Shown here piece by piece: positions 1 to 8,741 of a DNA stretch of 64,000 nucleotides. Source of the stretch: Edaphobacter sp. (GTDB lineage Bacteria > Acidobacteriota > Terriglobia > Terriglobales > Acidobacteriaceae); NCBI GenBank assembly GCA_965277175.1, contig OZ255715.1:2941216-3005215 (forward strand), written 5' to 3'. Position 1 is the stretch's first letter, and each line of letters begins with the position of its first letter. The notes beneath the pieces were generated by a model that ran no database searches, had not been told where the DNA came from, and saw only the letters and a list, made by a program, of their open reading frames with translations. The translations under genes and the position numbers were made by a program.

Positions 1-446
1 TGCTGCATGGCCCCGCGGACCTGCTGCCGCTGCGGAAGCGTGAGACGCTCCATGGCCTCCGTACGGTCGATCACACGGCGACGCTTCTCAGGCGGCATGT
101 TGTTCAGTTGTGTCAGACGGTCGCGCATACGCTGCTGTGTCTGTGGAGGAAGGTCCCTGAAACCAGGCTCATTCGCCAAAGCCCGCTGCTGCTCTGGAAG
201 TGAAAGACTGCTATGACGATCCATCCACTGGGCCAGATGTTCCTGATTCCGTCGCGGACCTACACCGGAACCCGGACCGGAACCTGGTCCATAACCGGGC
301 CGCTGCTGCCCGCCTATCGGCCGCAGGGCTGGACCCACGCCATGCACAAAACCAGGCCGGGGCGCACCCATCGCAAGGCCTGCCGAGAGTAGCAGGCCGA
401 CAAAGGATAGCTGGAGAACGCACCGGGATTTGACTGGAGATAACAT
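1..446 (-). CDS. DUF3106-like exported protein (runs off the window's left edge)
   Basis: Manual translation from ATG 446: signal-peptide-like N-terminus, G/P-rich linker, then helical repeats (EHLAQWMDRH...LPPQTQQRMRDRL). Lies downstream of the ECF/anti-sigma pair. Absent from the ORF track because there is no stop in the window. Confidence 0.6.
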   Translation of the reverse strand, partial: MLSPVKSRCVLQLSFVGLLLSAGLAMGAPRPGFVHGVGPALRPIGGQQRPGYGPGSGPGSGVGPRRNQEHLAQWMDRHSSLSLPEQQRALANEPGFRDLPPQTQQRMRDRLTQLNNMPPEKRRRVIDRTEAMERLTLPQRQQVRGAMQ

Positions 447-568
447 TGGTATTTCGCTTGGGGTAGACCGGTAGCGCGTTGAAGGCAGCTTGTTTCTGTT
501 TAGAGCAGCTTACTGCGTTCTGTCTCCCTTCTCACCCGATTTACAAATAATGGAAACCCTCTTGCCAG

Positions 569-1072
569 CTAGCTGGTGGGGGAAGAGGCCGTGTCATTGC
601 CCGAGTTGTCATCTTGCAAAAGCTGATCCATCGTCTGGATCGCCTGGTCGTTCTTGTCAAGAATCTGCAAATCCTGAACCGTGGCCGACACCTGCGGGTG
701 AGGATGGGTGACATTCGACAGATCGACGAACGCTCCGCCGCCAACCAGAAGAAGCAGGGCTAAACCTCCGGCAAGAGCGGGCCGCAGTTGCCGTCCGGTA
801 TTAAACAGCAGGCGCGACTTGATGCGCTCAAACCAGCCAGCCGGCGCAAGGGCCTGTTCTTCCCGAAGCCGCACCGCCAGCCTTTGGTCGAAATAAGCGG
901 ATGGCTCGGGGGCCTGCCAGGCGTCGAGCAGGGCGAACGTAGACTTCATGGATTCGTACTCTCGACTGCAATCGACGCAGGAGTCGACATGGGCGCGCAC
1001 CGCAGCACGGCCCGGATCGGCAGGATCAAGCAGAAGATCGAGAATAGCGGATTGGCAATCTTTGCAACTCAT
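569..1072 (-). CDS. Anti-sigma factor, zf-HC2 (ZAS) type with one TM helix
   Basis: HVDSCVDC (H-x3-C-x2-C) motif, TM segment LAGGLALLLLVGGG, directly downstream of the ECF sigma; start chosen at MSCKDC after an RBS-like sequence. Confidence 0.8.
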   Translation of the reverse strand: MSCKDCQSAILDLLLDPADPGRAAVRAHVDSCVDCSREYESMKSTFALLDAWQAPEPSAYFDQRLAVRLREEQALAPAGWFERIKSRLLFNTGRQLRPALAGGLALLLLVGGGAFVDLSNVTHPHPQVSATVQDLQILDKNDQAIQTMDQLLQDDNSGNDTASSPTS

Positions 1073-1147
1073 TGTGACCTTTCCAACCGAAACCTTTTCA
1101 ACATCGATGCTCCTCTGTTTCAAGTACATGCAGCGCGAATTGCACTC

Positions 1148-1807
1148 TCAAACAAACGTTTTCAACTTCTCCCGCAGCGTCTGGTAGGCGCGAAAGAGTA
1201 GAGATTTTGTGGCCGACTCGCTCAGCTTAAGAACGTCGCCGATCTGCTTATAGTCCATGCCTTCGTATTTGTGCATCAGCACAGCCATCCGCTGGCGCTC
1301 GGGAAGCGCGAGAACATGCTGCCGAATGGCATTAAGGCGCTCCCGGCGAAGCAGTGTGGCTTCGATGTCCGGCGTCGTATCGGCGACATCCGGCGTGGTT
1401 CCAGTCTCGGCATCCGGCTCGTCAAGATAGACCGTGGAAGCGGTACGCTCACGCCGGTTATCGCGGGCGTGATTCACCCCAAGGTTCGTGGCAATGCGGT
1501 AGAGCCACGTACTGAAGCGGGCCTCCGCACGATACGTCTCGCGGGAGCGGTAGACCCGAAGGAAGACCTCCTGGGCAAGCTCTTCCGCTACAGCTTGGTT
1601 ATGCACCATGCGATACATAAAGTGAATGATAGGCTTGCGGTACTTCTGGATGAGATAGTCGAAACCGGCCATATTGCCGGCCCGAAGCTCCACCATGATG
1701 GCGGCATCGTCCATGTGTTGAAAATCGCCGGCTGCATGAGGAGTTTCGGCAGACTGAAGATTCTCCAGAAGTCGCGGATTGAGTGCCAGCGTAGCCATAT
1801 CTTCCAT
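1148..1807 (-). CDS. ECF RNA polymerase sigma-70 factor
   Basis: Region 2 (AEELAQEVFLRVY, FSTWLYRIATN) and region 4 (LPERQRMAVLMHKYEGMDYKQIG...KSLLFRA). Start is 1807 or 1798. Confidence 0.92.
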   Translation of the reverse strand: MEDMATLALNPRLLENLQSAETPHAAGDFQHMDDAAIMVELRAGNMAGFDYLIQKYRKPIIHFMYRMVHNQAVAEELAQEVFLRVYRSRETYRAEARFSTWLYRIATNLGVNHARDNRRERTASTVYLDEPDAETGTTPDVADTTPDIEATLLRRERLNAIRQHVLALPERQRMAVLMHKYEGMDYKQIGDVLKLSESATKSLLFRAYQTLREKLKTFV

Positions 1808-2079
1808 AACCCCGTCTTTGCGATTGGGTTGCGGTTTTGGATCAAATTCCGGGGAGATCTTATCGGAATCTGCGATTCGGCTTGGCGATTCGGGGCCAGG
1901 GCGACCGGAATGGGACGAATTATCGGACATCCTGCGTACGTCATTGTACCGCCCCCGGAAAGAACCAGACCAGCAGTAATCAGATGCTGAGACAATTGCC
2001 GGGCACATGTGGCAGATCGAAGGCATCGATGCTATTCTTTAGCACAGCCTATCCAAAGGGCCACTCGGTCCTTGTTGCG

Positions 2080-2154
2080 GGGCGCATAACTCAGCGGTAG
2101 AGTGCCACCTTCACACGGTGGAAGTCGTAGGTTCGAATCCTGCTGTGCCCACCA
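2080..2154 (+). tRNA. tRNA-Val(CAC)
   Basis: Cloverleaf: acceptor GGGCGCA/TGTGCCC, anticodon stem CCACC/GGTGG with loop TTCACAC, T-loop GGTTCGAATCC, encoded CCA end. Confidence 0.97.
2106..2120 (+). repeat. att core (attL of ICE-1)
   Basis: CACC-TTCACAC-GGTG: 4-bp inverted repeat around a 7-bp spacer equal to the anticodon loop; identical copy at 29739. Confidence 0.9.
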
Positions 2155-2157
2155 TCA

Positions 2158-2170
2158 AATCAACAACTTA
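2158..2170 (+). promoter_or_regulatory. IHF-consensus site in attL of ICE-1
   Basis: AATCAACAACTTA matches WATCAANNNNTTR, 37 bp after the core. Confidence 0.65.
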
Positions 2171-2190
2171 GCCACGACCACCAAAGTGAT

Positions 2191-2231
2191 TTGGTGCCAT
2201 TTGGTGCCATTCAATGAATTTGGCACCAAAT
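2191..2231. repeat. Integrase arm-type sites (left end of ICE-1)
   Basis: TTGGTGCCAT twice in tandem (2191-2210) plus an inverted copy TTGGCACCAAAT (2220-2231). Confidence 0.75.
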
Positions 2232-2248
2232 GCGAATGCGTCATTGCA

Positions 2249-3400
2249 CTACATGACGCGCTGCGGAGCCTTGCTGTTGGTGAGCATTGCGTAGACCGTT
2301 CCGACCATTTGCTGCACGCTCTCGGGAAGCTCCTGCATGTACTCGTTTGCTGTCGTGTCCGCGCGCGAGTGCCGCAAGTGTGCCTGGATGTCCTTCACTG
2401 ATCCCAGATTCTGTGCTCGCGTCGCCATCGTGCGGCGGAGCACCTGGAAGGTCAATTTGGGGAGCTCCAAAGCCTCGGCGAGAGGTTTGAGGACTCGGTT
2501 GCGGTAGTTCCCCGGATCGAGCAGTCCACCATCGGCGTTCGGGAACATGAACGCTTTGGGAGACGAATCGGGGCACTCCTGTTTCCATTCCCGAAGGTCT
2601 TTTGCAAGGCCATCCGGCAGATGAACCTTGCCCAAGCTCTTCATCGTCTTTCCGAACGGCCGTAGCTGCCGGCGGTAGACGGTTTCGGTTAACGACAACG
2701 TGTTCTCGTCGTCGAACGATAACCAGCGAAGCGCGAAGAGCTCGCTGGGGCGGAGGGCGTCTGTCATGTCGAGCATGAGCAGGAGCCGGTCTCTTCGAGC
2801 AGCAGTGGCGAGGATCGCCCGCAACTGATCCCAGGTCAATACTTGCTTGTCCTTTGGCCGAAGATTTCTGGGAATCTTCAACTTTCGGGTCGGGTCCTTG
2901 ACTAGGAATTCCTGCTCGATCGCCTCGTCGAAGATGGACTTGAGATAAGAGCGGGCCTGCTTGACTCTGTCCTGCGAATAGCGCCGGGCGAGATCGTTCA
3001 CATGCGTTTGCAATGCGAACTTGTCGATGCTTTCCATCGCTTCTGCTCCGAACTTCTGAATCAGATCGATTTCGATTTGCGCCGTCTTTTCTTTCGCCGT
3101 CTCAGGTCGCCAGTCCCCTTGCCGAAGCGGAAGGTAGCGATTCCGAACGAACCATTCGAAGGTTGCAGCACCGTCTTTCAGGACTCTGCCGTCTGCGATA
3201 TGGCCGGTTTGTTTGGCGATCTCCGCTCGAAGCGCTTCGCGCGCCACGAGCTTCGTCATCTGCGTTCTAAGGCCGAGCCGAAGGACTACTCGAACGACTC
3301 GGACATCATCGGTTGTAGGGTCGATCACTTCCTTGCGGTAGTAGCCATACCAGCGCTTCCCACGAAGGACGAGCGATCCCGTTTGATGCGATTTACCCAT
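2249..3400 (-). CDS. int: Tyrosine recombinase/integrase (ICE-1)
   Basis: N-terminal arm-binding region; catalytic motifs ALRPSEL, QVLRRT, HLRHS, ANEY; adjacent to the att site. Confidence 0.93.
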   Translation of the reverse strand: MGKSHQTGSLVLRGKRWYGYYRKEVIDPTTDDVRVVRVVLRLGLRTQMTKLVAREALRAEIAKQTGHIADGRVLKDGAATFEWFVRNRYLPLRQGDWRPETAKEKTAQIEIDLIQKFGAEAMESIDKFALQTHVNDLARRYSQDRVKQARSYLKSIFDEAIEQEFLVKDPTRKLKIPRNLRPKDKQVLTWDQLRAILATAARRDRLLLMLDMTDALRPSELFALRWLSFDDENTLSLTETVYRRQLRPFGKTMKSLGKVHLPDGLAKDLREWKQECPDSSPKAFMFPNADGGLLDPGNYRNRVLKPLAEALELPKLTFQVLRRTMATRAQNLGSVKDIQAHLRHSRADTTANEYMQELPESVQQMVGTVYAMLTNSKAPQRVM

Positions 3401-3444
3401 TGCAATCTCGTTTTCTGTTGGGGAAAACAGTGGGCATTCCTATT

Positions 3445-3726
3445 TTACCGCTGCCCAACGCGGAGCGATGACAGGCGTTCCCTCTCGGTGATGAAGTCTT
3501 CTATGGAACTTCGGCGATAGCGCAGCGCCCCATCGCCCATTCGGATTACCGGCAGACGCGGAAACCTCCTTGAAGAGTGATCCCAGACCCAATCCCTGCT
3601 CACGTTTAGTCTGCGCGCTACATCCTCTACGGTGAGTAGCGGGTCTCCAATCTCTTCAGCCGTGACTCGCTGCGGTGGTTTGCGGTTTTGAGGTTCGGGC
3701 TGGTTGACTTTTGATTCTGGGCCCAT
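3445..3726 (-). CDS. Excisionase-like wHTH (AlpA/HTH_17-like)
   Basis: LLTVEDVARRLNVSRDWV...LPVIRMG...LRY, directly upstream of int; paralog at 31067-31399. Start uncertain. Confidence 0.8.
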   Translation of the reverse strand: MGPESKVNQPEPQNRKPPQRVTAEEIGDPLLTVEDVARRLNVSRDWVWDHSSRRFPRLPVIRMGDGALRYRRSSIEDFITERERLSSLRVGQR

Positions 3727-3895
3727 ATTGCTGAGGGTGCGCAGACGCGCTAGAGCGGATTCTGAAGCGGACATAGGGCAACTCCAATGGGCATTCCCAG
3801 AGCGGCTACACGTACCAGCAATCAGCCAATGCGTCTCCGAGTTCTGTCTGGTCACGTAAAGCCTTGCCATACCATCGGAGGCCGGATGGGTAGTT

Positions 3896-3936
3896 GTCCA
3901 ATTCCAGATCGGAAGTTGCTTATTCCAAATCGGCAT
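3896..3936. promoter_or_regulatory. Tandem LysR-type T-N11-A boxes between xis-int and lysR
   Basis: TTCCAGATCGGAA (3902-3914) and TTCCAAATCGGCA (3923-3935), 21 bp apart; a related block lies at 28908-28948. Confidence 0.6.
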
Positions 3937-4042
3937 GAGTGCCGTTGACGACAACCGTAGATCGGGTTGATACTCCAAGCACTCGCACTGCTGCAGGTGC
4001 TCGACAGAACTTGCTTCGCAAAGTTCCTAGTGGAGTTGGGCC

Positions 4043-4990
4043 ATGAAACTTCCTGATCTTCATCTCTTGCAAGCGGCAATTATGCTGGCAGAAGTCCGCA
4101 ACTATTCGAGAGCGGCCAGGAAGTTGGGGATACAGCAACCGACTCTGACGAAGCGCATACTCGAACTCGAACAGTTCATCGGGTTCCCACTGTTCTTTCG
4201 ATCTACACAGTTCGTCGAACCCACCGAGGCGTGCCGGCAATTCCTTAAAGAAGCAAAGGAGTGCGTTTTCCATGCAGAGCGTGCGGTTTACGTGGCACGC
4301 GTTGCCGAGCAGGGAGCGCAATCGGTCCTTCATATTGGCAAGTCGCAGTATACGGACCCTTATCTCATTTCGATGTTGACCTCGGTGTCGCTGCCTCTGT
4401 TTCCGAACCTGGAAGTGTCGCTGTCAAGTATGTCGTCTGCTGAGCTGGAAGCCGAAGTCCTCTTGGGTAAGCTGGATCTCGCTGTGGCAACCGGCGAGTT
4501 TGACAATCCCAAGATTACTCAACTTGAGCTGATGCGCACTACCTTTTACATAGCCGTCCCTGAACATAGTCCGCTGGCTGAGTTTAAAGAACTCACCCTA
4601 GCTCAGCTCCATCAGAAGACCTGGGTACTCTTCGAGCGTTATGTTCATCCACCGCTCCACGACTCCATTTTGAGGGCGGTAGAGCAAGAGAAGGTGCAGC
4701 CTCGCTCAGTCCACCATGTGGTCACGGCGGAAGAGTCCGCTCAGGAACTCTATTCCGGAACGGGCGAAGTTGCCTTCCTGACTCGCGCTGGTGCTTGGAG
4801 GATCGCACGCAACGGACTCACAATGAGGCCGCTGATTCACCCGGACTTGAACATCTCTTCCAAGTTGATTGCAAGGGCCGATGATTCTTCGAGGGCAGTC
4901 AGCGAATTCGCGAAAGCTCTGAAACTCAAGCTAGACAGGCAGCGGCGGGATCAACTCGACTTGCCCCTTGGCGCGAAGAAGGCATCATGA
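4043..4990 (+). CDS. LysR-family transcriptional regulator
   Basis: N-terminal HTH (NYSRAARKLGIQQPTLTKRILELE) and substrate-binding domain; divergent from xis-int. Confidence 0.93.
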   Translation: MKLPDLHLLQAAIMLAEVRNYSRAARKLGIQQPTLTKRILELEQFIGFPLFFRSTQFVEPTEACRQFLKEAKECVFHAERAVYVARVAEQGAQSVLHIGKSQYTDPYLISMLTSVSLPLFPNLEVSLSSMSSAELEAEVLLGKLDLAVATGEFDNPKITQLELMRTTFYIAVPEHSPLAEFKELTLAQLHQKTWVLFERYVHPPLHDSILRAVEQEKVQPRSVHHVVTAEESAQELYSGTGEVAFLTRAGAWRIARNGLTMRPLIHPDLNISSKLIARADDSSRAVSEFAKALKLKLDRQRRDQLDLPLGAKKAS

Positions 4991-5179
4991 TTGGCTTTCC
5001 AGTTCGGCCCGAGACACGACCCGCACGTTGAGTGCCTCAGACGAGTGACAGTAGGGGCACTCATAGACACCACGCACCGTATCCCGAGCAGAAAATTGTT
5101 CTGGGAGAATGAGACGCCCGCAGGAAGAACACCTATGGACATGGACGAGGCGGCTCGGATCGTGTTCCTTTTGACTCAT
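4985..5179 (-). CDS. Small zinc-ribbon protein
   Basis: CSSC...CPYC pair in 64 aa, with an RBS-like GAGGAA upstream. Confidence 0.55.
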   Translation of the reverse strand: MSQKEHDPSRLVHVHRCSSCGRLILPEQFSARDTVRGVYECPYCHSSEALNVRVVSRAELESQS

Positions 5180-5226
5180 GGTTCCTCGTCACGTTGCTAT
5201 TTCTATCTGATAGCAAGCGTTATCCC

Positions 5227-5717
5227 TTAAAGGTTGAACCCGCCTGTGGCCTCGAATCGCTGGCCTGTAAGCCATCGCGCATCATCGCTGCATAGAAGGG
5301 CTACCAAGCCGCCAATGTCGTGCGTCTCAACCAGCCGTCCCATAGGCGTTTGTGCGATGCTCCACTGCTGTCCCTGCGGATTGCTTCGGATCGCCGCATT
5401 GGTAAAAGCGGTCACTATACCCCCCCCGGTGCGACCGTGTTGGCCCTGATGCCACGCGGGCCATTTTCCTTAGCCACATATCGCGAGAACATCTCGACCG
5501 GTCCCTTACAGGCTGCCGTACTCGGCATATGAGGGAACGTTATAGCGGTCTGCAGCCGCAGTAATAAAACTATGCCGTCACCGTCATTCATCATGGCCAG
5601 TGCCTTTTGAGTCAAAAAGACAACGCCTTTAAAGTGGACATTCATAAAGCTGTCAAAGTCGGCTTCGGTCAGCTTCTCGATAGGAATCGCTCTGCCGAAA
5701 CCTGCGTTGTTTATCAA
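5227..5717 (-). pseudogene. SDR oxidoreductase remnant (5'-truncated, frameshifted)
   Basis: INNAGFG, GIRANTVAPG and WLTGQRFEATGG fragments split over the ORFs 5415-5717 and 5227-5415; no Rossmann N-terminus. Confidence 0.8.
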
Positions 5718-5801
5718 GAAGCCTGCGTGCGCGCTCAGAACTGACTAACCCCCGTGCGCTTTCTGAGATGGTTGACGCGGGACTATTAGCACCGCGAACA
5801 C

Positions 5802-6230
5802 TCAATAATTGACTTGTCGTGCCATGCCGTTCCGTCGGAATGCAGAGGGCGCTCCCAGGAAGTACCAAATGGCAATGCCTATGTCGCAGATTGCGCAACC
5901 AAAAGATGAGAGAGGGACAAAGGGAAGGATCGGTCTTCCGTAAAGATGGTGCAGGATGTCCCACCCTACGTGAAGCACCCAACCTATGCCGACAAAACGA
6001 TAGTCAGTAAGGGACCGATATGCGAGCCAAAGAAAGAGTGCACCGAACGCCACTTCCCAAAATTGGAATCCTCCCCCGAAGTAGACGAATCCGGCTCCAG
6101 CGATCATGAGCGCGCTGAACTGATGCCGGGTGGGCTCTTTGAGCAGAGACGTGAGCGCGATGAAAACTCCTGACACGATGATGGGAGCGATGATGTCTAG
6201 CGGGCCGATGGGAGGGGTTGGTAGCTTCAT
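5802..6230 (-). CDS. Membrane protein, DUF6010-like
   Basis: Multi-TM hydrophobic protein (GWVLHVGWDILHH, CAICDIGIA); RBS AAGGAG upstream of ATG 6230. Confidence 0.6.
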   Translation of the reverse strand: MKLPTPPIGPLDIIAPIIVSGVFIALTSLLKEPTRHQFSALMIAGAGFVYFGGGFQFWEVAFGALFLWLAYRSLTDYRFVGIGWVLHVGWDILHHLYGRPILPFVPLSSFGCAICDIGIAIWYFLGAPSAFRRNGMARQVNY

Positions 6231-6724
6231 AGTTCTCCTTTGTGAAAGGTTCTGTTGTTGTGAAAATGTTGGCAAAGGTTTTTTTATTCTCCAGCCGCAG
6301 TTCAACCACGATGCGTTTAAGCTGGCGGATGCTCTCCTCTCTCGTCTTGCATTGTGTCGCCTGCATCATGCGCCGCTGGTGGTATGAGTGCTCCGGCGTC
6401 GCGGTGATCGCAATGAAGCTTACGACCGCCACTACCGCGTGCATAAGGACAAGCACCATCTGTGTATCTGGGGTTACACCTGCACATCGTAGAGAGCGAG
6501 TAAAGGAAAGACGCAGTGGCAGGCCCAGTGAAAATGCGAAAAAGTCGGGCTCACAAAGAAAACAGGCGGTCAGGTTCACGCAGTTCGGCGCGTATTGCTG
6601 CGTAGACAAGCGAGGCGAGAACCGTGTCAGCTTCACCGCCGCAGTCCGGATACGAAGGTCGATGATAAAACGATGATGGCAGCGGCAAGTGTAAGGTAAA
6701 TGGCCCGCATGGTTACGTTTTCTC

Positions 6725-7372
6725 CTAACGAACTCTTCCGTTTGGTTTACGGGCTGCGCGCTTCTTCACCGGTACAGTCTCATTAGCGGGCAGCGAACGT
6801 CGGACCAGATCTTCGAAAGCTCTGTCCGCCCGGGCGTTTGCGTTGGGATCGCGCAGAAATCGGGATGAGACATGATGATTGAGATAAATGCCGCACAACT
6901 CCCAGACAAACTGCTCCAAATCGAGATCGGCCCGAAGCTCGCCGGCGGCAACTGTCTCTTCTGTAGTCTTCGCAAGGAAAGCTCGCCAATGTTCTTCCAT
7001 CGCAAGCAGGCGCTGCCGAACCGGATTCTCAAGTGGAACGTCATCGAACTCGAAGAGGCCGGCAGCGACAGGGCAGCCCCCCTGAAGGCCCGCCTTCGCT
7101 GTCCAGCCAAACCAGCCGTAAACGATCTTTCGCAATCGTTTAAGACCGGGCGGCTGGCGCATAGCCGGCTCGATAAAGGTGGCGGCTCCTCGTCGAAGCA
7201 TCTCTTCTAGAAGTTCAAGTTGAACGTCTTCCTTCGAGCCGAAGTGAGCGAAGAGACCGCTTTTTGACATACCAGCGCGCTGCGCCAAGACCCCAACAGT
7301 GACGTTGGCGAATCCCGCGCAGGTCAGCAGATTTAAACCTTCGGAGAGGATGCGTTGCTTGGTGTTTTTCAT
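6725..7372 (-). CDS. TetR/AcrR-family regulator
   Basis: HTH AQRAGMSKSGLFAHFGSKE; C-terminal GCP motif. Confidence 0.92.
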   Translation of the reverse strand: MKNTKQRILSEGLNLLTCAGFANVTVGVLAQRAGMSKSGLFAHFGSKEDVQLELLEEMLRRGAATFIEPAMRQPPGLKRLRKIVYGWFGWTAKAGLQGGCPVAAGLFEFDDVPLENPVRQRLLAMEEHWRAFLAKTTEETVAAGELRADLDLEQFVWELCGIYLNHHVSSRFLRDPNANARADRAFEDLVRRSLPANETVPVKKRAARKPNGRVR

Positions 7373-7441
7373 CTGTATCAGGTACCTCTAGAGCAAAAGA
7401 TTTTTGTTGGCAACTACATCCTCGAACACCTGCGTCTTCAC

Positions 7442-7465
7442 AATAACACGATCGGTCGTGCTATT
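7442..7465. promoter_or_regulatory. Putative TetR operator
   Basis: Imperfect palindrome AATAACACGA-TCGG-TCGTGCTATT between the divergent tetR and DJ-1 genes. Confidence 0.6.
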
Positions 7466-7473
7466 CTTTGGAA

Positions 7474-8220
7474 ATGACAACATTAGACGCCTCCTCCACC
7501 CCGCCGATTCCGCCTCTGCAGATCGGCATTCTCGTCTACTCAAACATGACGCTACTCGACCTGGTTGGACCCCAAACCGCGCTGGGTTTCCATGGCAGCA
7601 CACACCTGATAGCTAAGTCGCTTGAACCGATCCGGACCGACGGCGGGATCTCCATTCTTCCGACGACAACCTACGCCGATTGCCCACAGAACCTGGACGT
7701 TCTACTGGTGCCCGGCGGTTCCGGCACTAATGATTTAATTCAAGACGAAGAGTCGCTCGCCTTCCTGGCGGAAAACGGGCGATCAGCGCGCTACATCACC
7801 TCAGTATGTTCTGGGTCCGTTGTACTTGCGGCTGCTGGCCTGCTTGATGGCTACAAAGCCACGACGCACTGGGCTCTCTATCCGCAACTGGAGGCAGCCG
7901 GCGTCGGCGAAGCTATTCGGGAGCGAGTCGTGGCGGACGGCAATCGCATGACAGGCGGAGGCGTTACGGCAGGAATCGATTTCGGACTTTCGTTGCTCGC
8001 GAAACTTCGCGGCGTGGAAGCGGCCAAAATGACACAACTGTTGATGGAATACGATCCAAAGCCCCCATTCAACGCCGGAACGCCCACGAGCGCGGGACCT
8101 GAAATGACAGCCATGGCGTTAGGCATGATGCAGGCAACTCTGAGCACAGGCGTTGAGATCGCCAAGTCATGTCTGCGCAAGCGCTCGCTCGCTGACCCTG
8201 ACCGTTTGGTCGCAGATTGA
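7474..8220 (+). CDS. DJ-1/PfpI family protein (isonitrile hydratase-like)
   Basis: LDLVGP, LLVPGG, TSVCSGS nucleophile Cys, GGGVTAGIDF, EYDPKPPF. Confidence 0.88.
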   Translation: MTTLDASSTPPIPPLQIGILVYSNMTLLDLVGPQTALGFHGSTHLIAKSLEPIRTDGGISILPTTTYADCPQNLDVLLVPGGSGTNDLIQDEESLAFLAENGRSARYITSVCSGSVVLAAAGLLDGYKATTHWALYPQLEAAGVGEAIRERVVADGNRMTGGGVTAGIDFGLSLLAKLRGVEAAKMTQLLMEYDPKPPFNAGTPTSAGPEMTAMALGMMQATLSTGVEIAKSCLRKRSLADPDRLVAD

Positions 8221-8391
8221 TTTCGACATATTGCTAAAGAAGCCTGATTGCAGCTTTCTATTACTCGTTCCACACAGGTCGCATCATGGGATAGCTGCGC
8301 GGCCCTACAGATCCCGGATTCGCATTGTGCCCGACCATTTACTGCTGAAAGCGACGAGTCAAGAAAGCGACCTCATCAAAGGAGCGGAAAG

Positions 8392-8613
8392 ATGAAGCTT
8401 ACAGGAAAGAACGCAATCGTTGTAGGTGGTAGGAGAAGCATTGGACGAGCATACTGCGAGCGGCTCGCCATCGACGGCACTAACATAGCATTGTCCCAAC
8501 AATCGCACGATCTGGCGTACATCACGAGTAAATGCAGTATTCACACACTTACGCGAGCTCTTGCTACAGTCTCTGAGGACGCGAGCTTCATCTCCGGCCA
8601 GATCTGCATGTGA
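8392..8613 (+). pseudogene. Internally deleted SDR remnant
   Basis: 73 codons joining the Rossmann start (VVGGRRSIG), YITSK (YxxxK) and the C-terminal ASFISGQ; VNGG continues in another frame. Confidence 0.7.
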
Positions 8614-8741
8614 ATGGTGGTTTGAGCAGAAGCGGCGCGTGAACCACTTGCTGACAACAGATGATCTTGCAGGATGAGTCTTACCTACTCTGTTACCCGG
8701 CGACCACGAATTGCGCTCTCATGTTCGCAAAAAGGCATAGC

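Noticed and set aside
2191-2231. Short repeats as a possible CRISPR array
   Set aside because: 10-bp units with no spacers and no cas genes; explained as integrase arm sites. No CRISPR array was seen anywhere in the window.
6004-6720. ORFs 6004-6636 (-) and 6242-6676 (+), plus a short MRAIYLTL start near 6708
   Set aside because: Overlapping, inconsistent frames with no recognisable family; possibly a decayed membrane-protein gene, but not supportable.
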